NCBI GenBank assembly: GCA_013265495.1
Contig: MU057560.1
Span: forward strand, 508,753 to 572,752
Direction of reading: 5' to 3'
Length of the DNA: 64,000 nt
Source: Vicugna vicugna
Lineage: Eukaryota
The translations under genes and the position numbers were made by a program. Of the stretch, positions 48,135 through 58,860 are shown piece by piece. The notes under the pieces were generated by a model. The model saw only the letters and a list, made by a program, of their open reading frames with translations, did no database searches and was not told the DNA's origin. Each line of letters begins with the position of its first letter. The stretch's first letter is position 1.

Positions 48135-50556
48135 CAGCCAAGTGATCATCTTTTTTTAAGTTCTGCTGTTGGAATGTGGGCCATGTTCCTTTATTTTCCC
48201 CTTTAAAACGTGTTCCGAATGATCAGAGGTGCATTTGGATGCTTCCTTCATCTGTAGGTCCTCGGGCGTGAGTTCTCCTTTTACTGACTCTGTTCAGCCT
48301 CACAGTGATGAGTTTCCGCACGTGCTGTGAGCACGTCTTCCCCCGGAGTCCCGGAAGCGCCCGGTGTTGTGCCGGCACCTCTCCGGGAGCGGTGATCCTT
48401 TCTGCCGGGCGGAGGCCGTGGGGGTGGCGATTAGCTCCAGATCAGCTTTTACATTCAATTCCTTCTCAAATTGTTCAAATAGTGCAGACTATGAATCGAA
48501 GCCCCACACACCAGGCGTGCCTGGGGTCCAGAGCCCACGCGAGGCACTGCTCTGCCTTCCCAGATGCAGAAAGTCAAGCGCCACTCACTCTAGGCAGACA
48601 CGGTCGCTCCGTCCCAGCTCCGGGCTTTGCAAAGCTGCTCCCCGATTCTCATCACCCACAGCATCCGCACGCTCCCCGAGCATGCACAGGCAGCTGTCAG
48701 GCCTCAGACCCTAAGATGTCCTTCTGGTCCCAGCAGCTTCATGAGGTGCTTGGCTCTAATCCCTGCTTGTACCATCTTTAACTCCCCTTCTTCTGCAGCA
48801 TCTGCAAATATGCCTTGCCACACTTCTTAGGTACACCTATGGCATTTTCAAAATTGTTCAGCTTTCCTTTGCATCTGGAGTGCAGACTGGTGGATGAGAG
48901 AGAGTGGGTTTCACACCACCCCGTCCATCTTCACACAGATCCACCCCCACTTGACAACAGGGGACCTGCATCCCAGAGAGAAAGGACACTGATGGCTGCA
49001 GGGCCAGCGAGAATCCAATTTAACCCTGTTACTCCCTGATGCAAACCAGAGCAGACCCGTGGTAGCCTCGAAGTAGTGACCGAATGATGTGACTGGAGCA
49101 CGGGAGTTGGCATCTGAAACTCGGGTTTGAGGCCCCGTTTGCCACTCACTGTACGACCTCGGGCCCTCATCTCCTGGGCTTCAGCCTTCTAAGCCACCCC
49201 AGGGACCTCAGAACTTGTGCCACCGGGAGGGGGGTTTGGCAGCGGCAGGAACGGGGCAGAGCGCTGGGTGCTAGAATAAGACACAATAAAGGTTGGTCCG
49301 GCCCTGCCTTCGGGCACAAGGGCTGCAGTGGTTTGTTTTCGGGCCTGAAACAGCTGACGGGGCCTTCAGGGCGGCTGGCCCTTCAGGAAGCAGATGAGGG
49401 GGAGCGGGACTGGAGCCTGGGTCAGACCACGCAGCCCCTCCACTCCCGACTGCACTGTGCTGGGGGCCTCAGTGCCCCCGCCTGAAGGAGCAGGAGCCGC
49501 TCAAGCTTTGGAAAGTCCACTTCACAAAGTCACCTGGCTCAGAGCAAACGCACGTGTCTGGGAACAGGACGGACCGGCTCCCTCCGGCAGTCGCGGCAAA
49601 GATCAGGGGCTTCGGCAAAAGCGCTGACCTCCCCGCGCCTGACACAGTGTCACACCGGGTGCCTCAGCCCGGAGGACGCCGTGCGACCCGTGCACAGTTC
49701 CAGCCCCTAGACAGAGCAGCGTGGCAGCGTGAGCCCTCTTCCAGCACCGTGTCAAAGAGCAGGGGTTCCTTCTGAGCCAAACAGGGAGGCTGGGTGGCTC
49801 AGATCACCATCATTTTTCTGACTTTTTTTGGGTTGTTCTCATTTTGAATCTAAACCTCCCCAGAGGCCAAAATAATACCTTCCCCCAAATGCACTCGGCA
49901 GGCATAATGTCAAAGCCTGTAACACAGAAAACCTGCTCGCAGAGGGGAGGTGGTCGGGCCCCGCGACGGTTTCTTCCCTTCCGAGGCCACGTGGAGTCCT
50001 GGAGGGGCATGTGAGGCAGTGATTAGAGCCAGGCCACCTCTTGGTCACAGTGTCTCAGTTCCACCCCCGGGTGGAGCCGCTCAGACAGTCAGGTCTTTGC
50101 TTCCCTTGTACGTGACGGATGTGAAGGTAACGAGAGTTACCCGTGTGTGCGCACGAGATCACGCATGGGAAGGGCTTAAAAGAGCATTTGGCATCAGCAG
50201 ATGCTCCAAAGATTGCACCTGGTAATACTGCTGCGGTTATAAAATAGTTCAGTAGGAAGCCGTACCATGGTGAGGACATCACAATGATGCAGATCGAAGG
50301 GTCGTCACAATTCACAGCACTTCCCAGATGCCATGTGTAAAAGGAGAGAGGGTGGAGCCTAATGTGACCCTGGGCTTTTCCTGAGACTCGGGGACACCAC
50401 TTTGATGCACTTACCTCGGGGACTCTTCAGCAGGACTGCCCCTCTACGCTCAAGGAGAGGCCTCAGGTGATTTAGGTCCCAGCCCTGGATACCTGGTTAC
50501 AGGGTCCGCAGATGTTTGCCAGATGAGGGCTGCCTCTGTGCTGGCCCCAGGTGGCA

Positions 50557-51027
50557 TTTTTATTGAAGTAGAGTTGATTTACAAGGTTGTGTTAGTTCCT
50601 GGTGTACAGCACAGTGATTCAGTTAGATATATATATTCCTTTTCATATTCTTTTTCATTATAGGTTGTTACAAGCTATTGAACCCTGTGCTCTACAGTAG
50701 AACCTTGTTGTTTATCTATTCTGTATATAGTAGTTTGTATCTGCTAAGCCAAAACTCCTAATTTATCCATCCCCATCCCTTTCGCCTTTGATAACTATAA
50801 ATTTGTTTCCTATTCTTATGAGTCCATTTCTTTTCTGTAAATAAATCCATTTGTGGTGTATATACATGATGGAGTACTACTCAGCCATAAAAAAGAATGA
50901 AATGATGCCATTTGCAGCAACATGGATGGACCTAGAGACGATCATACTAAGTGAAGTAAGTCAGACAGAGAAAGACAATTATCATATGACATCACTTATA
51001 CATGGAATCTAAAGAAATGACACAAAT
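50557..51027 (-). mobile_element. 5'-inverted (twin-primed) truncated L1
   Basis: Antisense L1 3' end (50557-~50852) joined to the adjacent upstream L1 segment in sense orientation (~50852-51027). TSD AGGTGGCATTTTTAT / AGATGGTATTTTTAT. Confidence 0.88.
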
Positions 51028-52661
51028 AGATGGTATTTTTATGACCGACTCAGTCTCACTTATGAATTGGTCCACGTGCACTTGCAGCCTAGGTAGGAGG
51101 CAGAGGCCTCTGACAGCAGGCTGAGTCTCACAATGAAGCATCCGAGTGTAGGAGCGTGGCCCTAACGGGCCCGCCTGCCAGTTGGGTGTCGGGTGAGTTA
51201 CAGACGGAGTGAGGGTGGCTTAGGGAACCCCCGTGGCCCAGAGCCAGCGAGCCCTTCAGCTTCCCCGATATGGCTGCTTTTGCCCAGATATCTTTTGTCT
51301 GGACCTTGCTTCAAACTTCCTGAGCCAGAATCTCGGAGGTTAGAACTGACTTAGGAGTATCTGGCACAAAGAAACCCGGCAGGGGCTCCAGGTGGAGAAG
51401 CAGGAACGCACACAAACCCCACCATTGTGTCCGTGGGAAACCAAAGTCGGGTCCAGTAACCGGCCGGGCGCAGACTCACGGGGGCAGAGGCAGACTGGAA
51501 TCTGAGCGTTTCGACTCCTGGTCTTGAGTGGTTTCCATAACACAGGCTGACCCCAAACCCGGGAGCACAGGGCAAGTCTTCAGGTGGGAACGGAGGGTGG
51601 AGAGACTGAGAGGCCCGGGGCGGGCTCTGTTTCTCAGTGATGGGAGGGGAGGGGAGCGGCCGCGTGGAGGTGGCTGGGGGCAGGCAGGTTCCCTGGGGGT
51701 AGCCGCCCCCAGAGCTGAGGGCACGACCTGCCACCTGGTTCACTGCTGCCTGGCTGCCTGGGGATACGAGCACAGAACTGGCCAACAGCCAGGCCATTTC
51801 CTGGCTCCCTATTCTCCTGGGCTCTTAAGGACAGAAAGGGACCTTCACATATTCGAATTCCCTCCTCCCAGGGTGTGGAGGAGGCTCAGAACAAGGAGGA
51901 AACCTGCCCAAGTTCACTCAGCCCGTGAGGCCCCACAAAACAGCCAGCACGTCCCCACCCGGCCCTGGCACATCTGCAGTCACCACGCACTGGTAAGGGA
52001 CAATGACCCCGCCAGCCCCACGGGGTCTTCCCCAGGGCAGTGCCTCCTGCAGCAGCCCAGGGCCCCCTCTGTGTGGGTAGCAGGCTCCTGGGCTGCCCAG
52101 ACATGCTGACTCAGGTGAAGCCAGGGGGCCCAACTCAGAAGGTGATAACCCTGCACCCCAAAGTCCTATAAACCCTGAGATAAGACCTCAAAACTCTGGG
52201 ATAGAAAGTGTATCACATCAGAAAGGCCAAACTGAATGCAGCATCTGTTCTGTCCTGGAAGATTTATCCACGGGACACTCACGTCACCAGCCAGCGTCCC
52301 CTGTGCTGGGAACAGCTCAGCAAGGCAAAGAGGTCCCGCTTGGAGGAAGTGGGCTGGGGCAGGGATGGAAGAGCCCAGACAGCTGGGCACGGATCTGGGA
52401 TACTTGTGCCCCAGATGGGGCACGTGCCAAGGTGCGAAGGGAGCAGGTGCTGGAGGACACTCCACAGTGCCCAGAGCAGGGGCCGAGTCTCATCGCCATG
52501 GAGACAGCGTCCCGATACTTACAGGGAAACTGGTGTCAGGACATTTCTGAAATGCTTCTGTCCTGAAGGTGGATGCCTCACCAGACCCGATCCCGAGGCT
52601 GCGATGGTTAAACTCCTTCCTCACATAACCTCTAACAATGAAGCCTCAACAGACATCAAGT

Positions 52662-53010
52662 AAGGAAAAACTGGACATAGAGACCAGTGGTTGCCAGGGG
52701 CTGGGGGCTCAGAATAAACTGCCAGAGCCCAGGGGACTTTTAGGGCAGGGAAGCACTCTGTGATACTACAATGGTGGATTCATGTCACCGTGTTTGTCCA
52801 AACCCGTAGAATGAGCACCACGAAGAGTGAACCCTCAGGTTCACGTGGACTTTGGGTGATAATGACGTGTCAGTGTAGGTTCACCCACTGTCACAAAGGT
52901 CCCACTCTGGTGGGGAGTCTGATAGCGGGGGGAGGGGGACCGTGCCCACGTGAGGAGGGGAATCTCTGATCTCCCCCTGCTCTCAAATAATAGAGTCTTT
53001 GGGAAAAAAT
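52662..53010 (+). mobile_element. L1MC-like 3' UTR fragment
   Basis: GATACTACAATGGTGGATTCATGTCA...TTTGTCCAAACCCGTAGAATG...GGACTTTGGGTGATAATGACGTGTCAGTGTAGGTTCA. Confidence 0.85.
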
Positions 53011-53189
53011 TAAAATTACTGGAGCATTTGTTTTTAAAAATGTTGTCTGTGAAACCTCTGATATTACGGAGATTTTGAGGCAGAAAGAGTCAGGACTGTT
53101 GAGAAGTTAGAGCAGAGGTTTGAGTCTTGAGCTGGTCCCTCAGCCCGACAAGCTCGGGGAAGTACCTCCTCTCTCCCGGCCTCCGGCCA

Positions 53190-53820
53190 AGCCTAGCGGG
53201 GGTGGCGGGCCGCCAGGATGCCTCTTCCCCCGGCGATGTTCCAGGCCGCGGCGAAGATGCCGAAGGATTTCACAGAGAGCCAGAGCAGAGCAGCAGAGTT
53301 GCTACGACACCACAGACACGTGCTTCTGGGACGCACAGCCCAGCACATGGCACCGCGCGGGGTCCGTGACTCAGCACGTGTAACGCTCATCAGTTACTGT
53401 CGGAGCAGCCGGGGTGACATCCGCTCCGGAGAGCCCGGCAGCGGGGACCCGGACACGGGAGCAGAGGCCCCGCGGGTCCGCAGGCGGCCCGGAGCGCAGG
53501 GGCGGCGTTCGCGGCGGAGCGGCTCCGGCTGCGCCGCGTTTCCCTGGCCGCACACACCTGTCCCCGGATCTCAGATGGGGGGCGCGGGGCGGGGGGCGGG
53601 GGCGGGCTCCGCTGAAAGGAAGCCCCAGCCCAGGAAGCTGCCGGCGAACAAATCGGAGTGGAGCCGCCCGCCCCCGCTGGGGGCGCAGCTGCCAGTCCGC
53701 ACCGCTTCCCCTCCCGCGGGCACCAAGGGAGCCGGCCGAGAAGGAGGCGCCCTGGTCCTGGTGCCCGCCCGCCCCAGCGGCCGGCCTGCCAAGCCCCGCT
53801 GGGCGCTCCCTGGTCAACCC
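53190..53820. promoter_or_regulatory. CpG island with tandem GC boxes (promoter-like)
   Basis: GGGCGG three times in 53587-53605, TGACTCAGCA at 53367-53376, CACGTG at 53375-53380. Confidence 0.7.
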
Positions 53821-54929
53821 CAGGTGGGCCCATCCGAAGAACGTTTGTCTAACTTAAGATCAAAACAGTACTTTCTCCCTCTTATTTAAAAAAATTAATA
53901 AATAACATCTGGGAGAGATGAGGTGCAGTTAAGTTCACACCAGGGTCTTAAGTCACTGATATTTACCTCCCAGGTAGGTAGGTGACTTCCTCAGCCAGCA
54001 GGCCATGGTCCTTCCATCCCTGGTCTGCGGTCACCAGACAGGAGCCGTGACAGCACACGATGACTGCCCCCGGGAGGGAGGGGAGGACGGTGAGAGAGGC
54101 CTTAGCTCTGACAGCCAGGGATGCCGCACAAGCTCGGGCCCCGACAGCTTCACAACCCAGGCGTCCCCTGGACCCCACAGCAGAGCTCAGGGTCTGTGAA
54201 CCCCAGCGGCAGCCTGCAGGCGTCCTGTGCGGTGTCAGAGCCCTTCCCCACCGGGTCCTGGCTGGCGCCTCCGTTTCCCTGGTGGGCAAGCGGAAGCCAG
54301 GAGAGCAGATCACTTGGGCCTGTCGGTGGCGAGGTTGCACTGTCCACGGAACACGTGCCTTCCCTCCCGAGGGCCCGGGCAGCATCGGGGTAGGAGGCGT
54401 GGGGCAGACGGCGGGCACGTCCCTACCTTTTGTGGCTGTGGCTGTCAGAGGCCAGGACCCCACTCCCAGGCACCACGGGGCCTGCAGACAGGAAGTGCTC
54501 CAGGAGGAGTGTGTTTCTAGCTTCCTAGCAGCCATTCCACAACCATCCACAGAAACCCAGCAAGACAGGTTCCCTTGCTTTCATTTTTTCAGATGAGAAA
54601 AGGAAGACTTCAAAAAGCTGAGAGACCTACCAGGCGAAACCCACCCAGACGCGGGAGAGGAGGGAGGGAGGGAGACCGTGCTGGTTCGTCTGCCTCAGAC
54701 CACACCGCCCGCCTGGCATCGTGCGCGCCCTCCGACAGGGCCCGGAGCACCAGGCTTTGCCCACGTTGCTGCCGCCCCTGCCCGCTTGCATCCTCCGGGA
54801 AGAGAGGATCTCCGAGGAGCCAGTCTCCCGTCCCTGGGCTGTCCCTGGGGCCGGGCAGCAGTTGCCCCCTGCGAAGGGCACTGTGCCATCAGCAAGATAA
54901 ACTCCCAGCTGGGGCTTTGCATCCACGGT

Positions 54930-55500
54930 TCACTCACTTATTCATTCAACAGTCGCTTTCTGCTTGCTAGATGCCACGTACTTGCAGGCACTGGGGGTTT
55001 AGCAGCAGGTGAAACAAAGGAGCGTGCCTGCCCTCAGGAGCGCACAGCCTAAAAGGGGACACGGGCTATAGCCAAGTAAAGGGCGGAGAATACTGTGAGT
55101 CAGGCACGGGCTGTGGTCAAACGTCAAGGGCGGCCCGGGGTGGAGCGTGTGCAGAGGGAGACACGAGTTACTGTTTTGAACACGGTGCCCAGGAGGCCAG
55201 TGTATACAGTGACACTGAGCAGAGGCTGAAAGGACAATGGAGGCAAGGAAGGGACGACGCAAGCATCTGGGGGACAAGCATTTCCCACAGAGGACATCAC
55301 AGGTACAGGGCCTGAGCTGGGGCACCTGGTGCACACGGACAACCAGAAGTCAGCAGGAAACTGAGTTCTCTTAGAGAGGACGTGACCTGCCAGCTAGTTT
55401 ATACTAGGGAGTAAACGTCTAACATCAGGGGATCTTTGATGTCATTGTTTTTAATGGCAGCAGGGCTGGGCGAGGAGAGGTTACCCACCAGAGCCAGAGG
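54930..55500 (-). mobile_element. L2 3' region
   Basis: TCACTCACTTATTCATTCAACAG...GCAGGCACTGGGG...CCTGCCCTCAGGAGCGCACAGCCTA. Confidence 0.7.
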
Positions 55501-55669
55501 GGGTAGAGAGTAAATGAGGGGAACTGGTGCATGAATGGAAAAGTGTGTTTCTTTGAGCAAAGGCATCTTGATTTCATCCAGTAATCTCAGCGACGCACAG
55601 AAACAAAGGGCACAAGGCCTCCCTGCAGGGTCTCTTCCCTCCGTGAAGAGGCGGCTGGCCAGCCAACAA

Positions 55670-56200
55670 CCACGCCACGAAGTGGCCAGGGTCGGACCCG
55701 GAGCCGGGCCACACAGGGGCCGGAGGGTGCGGGGAGGCCGGGGGACCCACCCCAAGAGCTCACACCCAGCTAAGGCGGGCACACGGTCTTCCCTGCGCGC
55801 CCGACCAGAGGAGGGCCACTGGGGCTTCTCTCAAGGCTGGCAGCCCTGTGGGCACGGGGGGGAGGCCCCTGGCCACGCGCACAGCTCTCCCGGGATGGCC
55901 TGCGGCTCCCCCGCCGCCTCCCCTCGCCTGGCTGAGAGATGCCGACCGGCCGCCTGTGCGAGGAGCAGCCTTCAGTCAGGGCTGGTAGCCGCTCCCCTCG
56001 CCCCACCCTGGGGAGCAGGCTTTTCTTGCGAAAAAGGAAGGCACAGCCTCACGCTAATCCAGCCATGGGCGATGCTCCCCGAGGCTCTACCCGGGAACCG
56101 CTGGGACTGGCCCAGCCCCGCAGCCAGCGCAGGGAGGGCAGGGCCGGTCCGCTGGGTGGGCAGGTTCAGCGCCCTGCCCTGCCAGGGGGACGGACACAGC
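55670..56200. other. GC- and CpG-rich segment
   Basis: High CpG density with no recognisable coding signal. Confidence 0.45.
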
Positions 56201-57718
56201 TTTCTCACGAAAGTGTCCTCTGGCAGGTGGAAGCAGGCTTTCGGAGAACTGGACCATTCAGGGCACAGTCCCTCAGTACCCACTGTGCTGGGACAGCCAA
56301 ATTCCCCAACAAGGACAAAAATGGGTCCTGGACTCCAGATGGAGGTCACTGCCAGGGCAAAGCTGCTGCCAAACTCCTGCCCGTCAGCCGGGGGGAGGGA
56401 AGCAGGGCGGGGACTGAGGGCCAGGTCAGCCTGTGGGACTCATCACGTGTGGCCCCCGCCACGGGCACGAGCGACAAGTGCAGAAGGAGCTTCACCCCAA
56501 CTTCTGAGTTGACGTTCCCCGAGGCTGGGGTGGGGGAGCGGTCAGGGTCTGTCTGTAGCTCTGGGCCTGCCTGCGCCCCTGCCGACCTGCTTCATGACCA
56601 AAGGGACCCATGAGTTCTCGCGTGCCCACCGCGGAGGATGCGTCCAGGCGGGGGTGGCCCGCAGCGATTCCTGAGGGAGCCAGGCCACGCTGACCGAGGT
56701 GCCCCTCACGGGGGGTGTCGGGGCGAAAGGATAGGTATCTCCACACAAAACCACACAGCAAATGCCCAAGGGATACCCAGATTCTGGGAGCCCGAGCGGG
56801 CGTCTCTTCTGTCCTCTGTTGGATGCCCAGCCTGTCAGTCCTGGTGACTCTCCGAGCCCCACTCTGTTGGAAAGTCTGTACCACGATTTCAGTCAGAAAG
56901 TTCACTGGGTGCTGGTTGGCGGCCGGAACGTGTGCTTGGTGTGGGTCAGTGACGCGATCAGCTCAGTGAACCAGGCCTGTGGTGGCCTTTGGTTTCCAGT
57001 TTTACACCCACTCATTTAACTATCAGCCACCGTCTTCATTAGGGATTATTAACAAAGCAAACGGGAAGTGAAACTTTGGGGAAAAAAGTTAGTGTTTATC
57101 TCTGTGCATCTTACTCCTGTTTCATTTTTCATCTGTGGTTTTTTGGGAACATTTTAAAACTCTGTACTTCTGTTAAGTACCCAGGCATCGCTTAGACTTT
57201 TAGAGACAATTTTCAAAAGTACAGATGCTAGGGGATCCAGCAGATGGGAAAAGCCACCTGCCCTCTCCCCATCGCACCTCCACCACTGCCCAAGATGACT
57301 CCATCCCTCCCGCGGTTTTTTAGGTCCGGGTGGCCTCACCCCCCCACCCACAACGGCCGAGGAACCACCTGTTGAAGCAGCCTCGTTCCTTAGGTCAGGA
57401 CCAAGAGCTGCTCCTCCTTTGCAGCCTCTCCCGATGGGTTCCATTGTGCAGAATGGGGCGTTCCTTCTCTGTGCTTCCGAAATACTGCTCCGATGTCTGT
57501 CCTCTACTCCCGGGTGCACATCCCGGGTCCCCCTTTGATGATAAGTGCTTGTAGAGGGTCGCCATGCCTTGTTCCATGCCAAGTGCCCCAGCTTCTAGCA
57601 GAGTTCTGTGAGTGGTAAACGGGTGGAGGGGCCTTGCCTTCGAGAAGCTTTTGGTCTTCTGAGAGCCTAATCCAGGAGGTGAGCTCAGTTTGGGGGCGCG
57701 GGGCGGTTCTGACGACCG

Positions 57719-57732
57719 CCACCAGGGGGAGC
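57719..57732 (+). promoter_or_regulatory. Candidate CTCF site
   Basis: CCACCAGGGGGAGC, one mismatch to the core CCACCAGGGGGCGC. Confidence 0.55.
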
Positions 57733-58259
57733 GCCAGCCCCGGTCCCTGCCCCGTTACCTAATTTCAGATGAGACTGGGGGCCTTGGCTGGACCAGGGTT
57801 TGAGCTGAAAGGCAGAGCAAGGATGTGACCTTTAGACCGGAATGAAAGCGGTCCTTCTCCAGGGTCGGGAACAACCACAAGGAACTCTCTGGAGCTCACA
57901 GGACTCTCTGCCCCACACACGTGCACCTGGTCAGTCTCTTCCCCACGACCTCTGCTTCCAAGAAAAGCAGCGCAGAGGAGAGGAGCTGTTCTGCCGGGAC
58001 TGATGGGGAGCACGAGCGGCGGGCCGGCTGGGGCGGGGCTGGAAGCTGGCCTTCCAGCCCCGAGAACAGAGCCCCTCTGGTGGGACATGGGCTCATGTCG
58101 GAGCCTGGGCTGAAACGAGGGCCCCCGATGGCTCTGTCCCTTGAGAAAGTCTCTCGTCTCTCTCAACGTCAGGTCCGTCAACTATGAGTGGGGAAAGTGA
58201 AAGGCCATGCCACCTTCCCGGGCTCTTGGGACACTTAGAAATCCGTGTAAAAAGGGCAC

Positions 58260-58860
58260 TGGGACGCGCAGTCAGAACCAGCACCGCCGCCGCTGCTTCC
58301 GCTACCACCGCGCCCAGCGCTGGTCCTGCTGCCGCCGGACGCCGGCTTCCCGACATCCGGACCCCCCCCGGGCAGCTCCCCTCGTCCCCCGACACAGAGC
58401 GGGGAGAGAACGAAGGCCAAGTCTCCCCGCTTCCCCTAAACCCTCCCCCTCCTCTCGGAGAAAGCCCGCCCCTCCCCCACCCCCAGGATGCCCGGGGCAG
58501 GATGCGGACGCCGGTGACGGCGGCGAGGACAGCCGAGCGGACCTGACGACGAACGCGCTCACACCACGCGGGGACTTGGGTCGGCGGCGAACCTCGCAGC
58601 TGCCGGCCTTCCCGCTGTCTCCCCAGCTCTGCGTTTATCTGCTGATGGTATCACGGCCGTCAGGCCCACACGTGGACAGATACTGTCGGTCTGTCTCACC
58701 GGAAGTGGACTCAGATGACTGAGGCGATGAGGCCGGCTCAGCGTCCAGTCTTGGTCACATTCCTGGGAAGGGGCGGGGAGCCCAGGTCTCCGCCCCGGCC
58801 TTTCCCGCCCGCAGGCCGCGCTCTCCCTGTTGGAGGAGCGGTGGGAATTCAGGCCAACGG
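58260..58860. promoter_or_regulatory. CpG island, promoter-like
   Basis: CpG-dense, with ETS site ACCGGAAGTG at 58698-58707 and GC boxes near 58770 and 58790. Confidence 0.6.

Noticed and set aside
55535..56512. 325-aa plus-strand ORF
   Set aside because: GC-rich low-complexity translation with no recognisable homology or exon structure.
58184..58546. 120-aa ORF with an ATG in a reasonable Kozak context
   Set aside because: The Ala/Pro-rich translation simply reflects CpG-island composition, and there is no other support.
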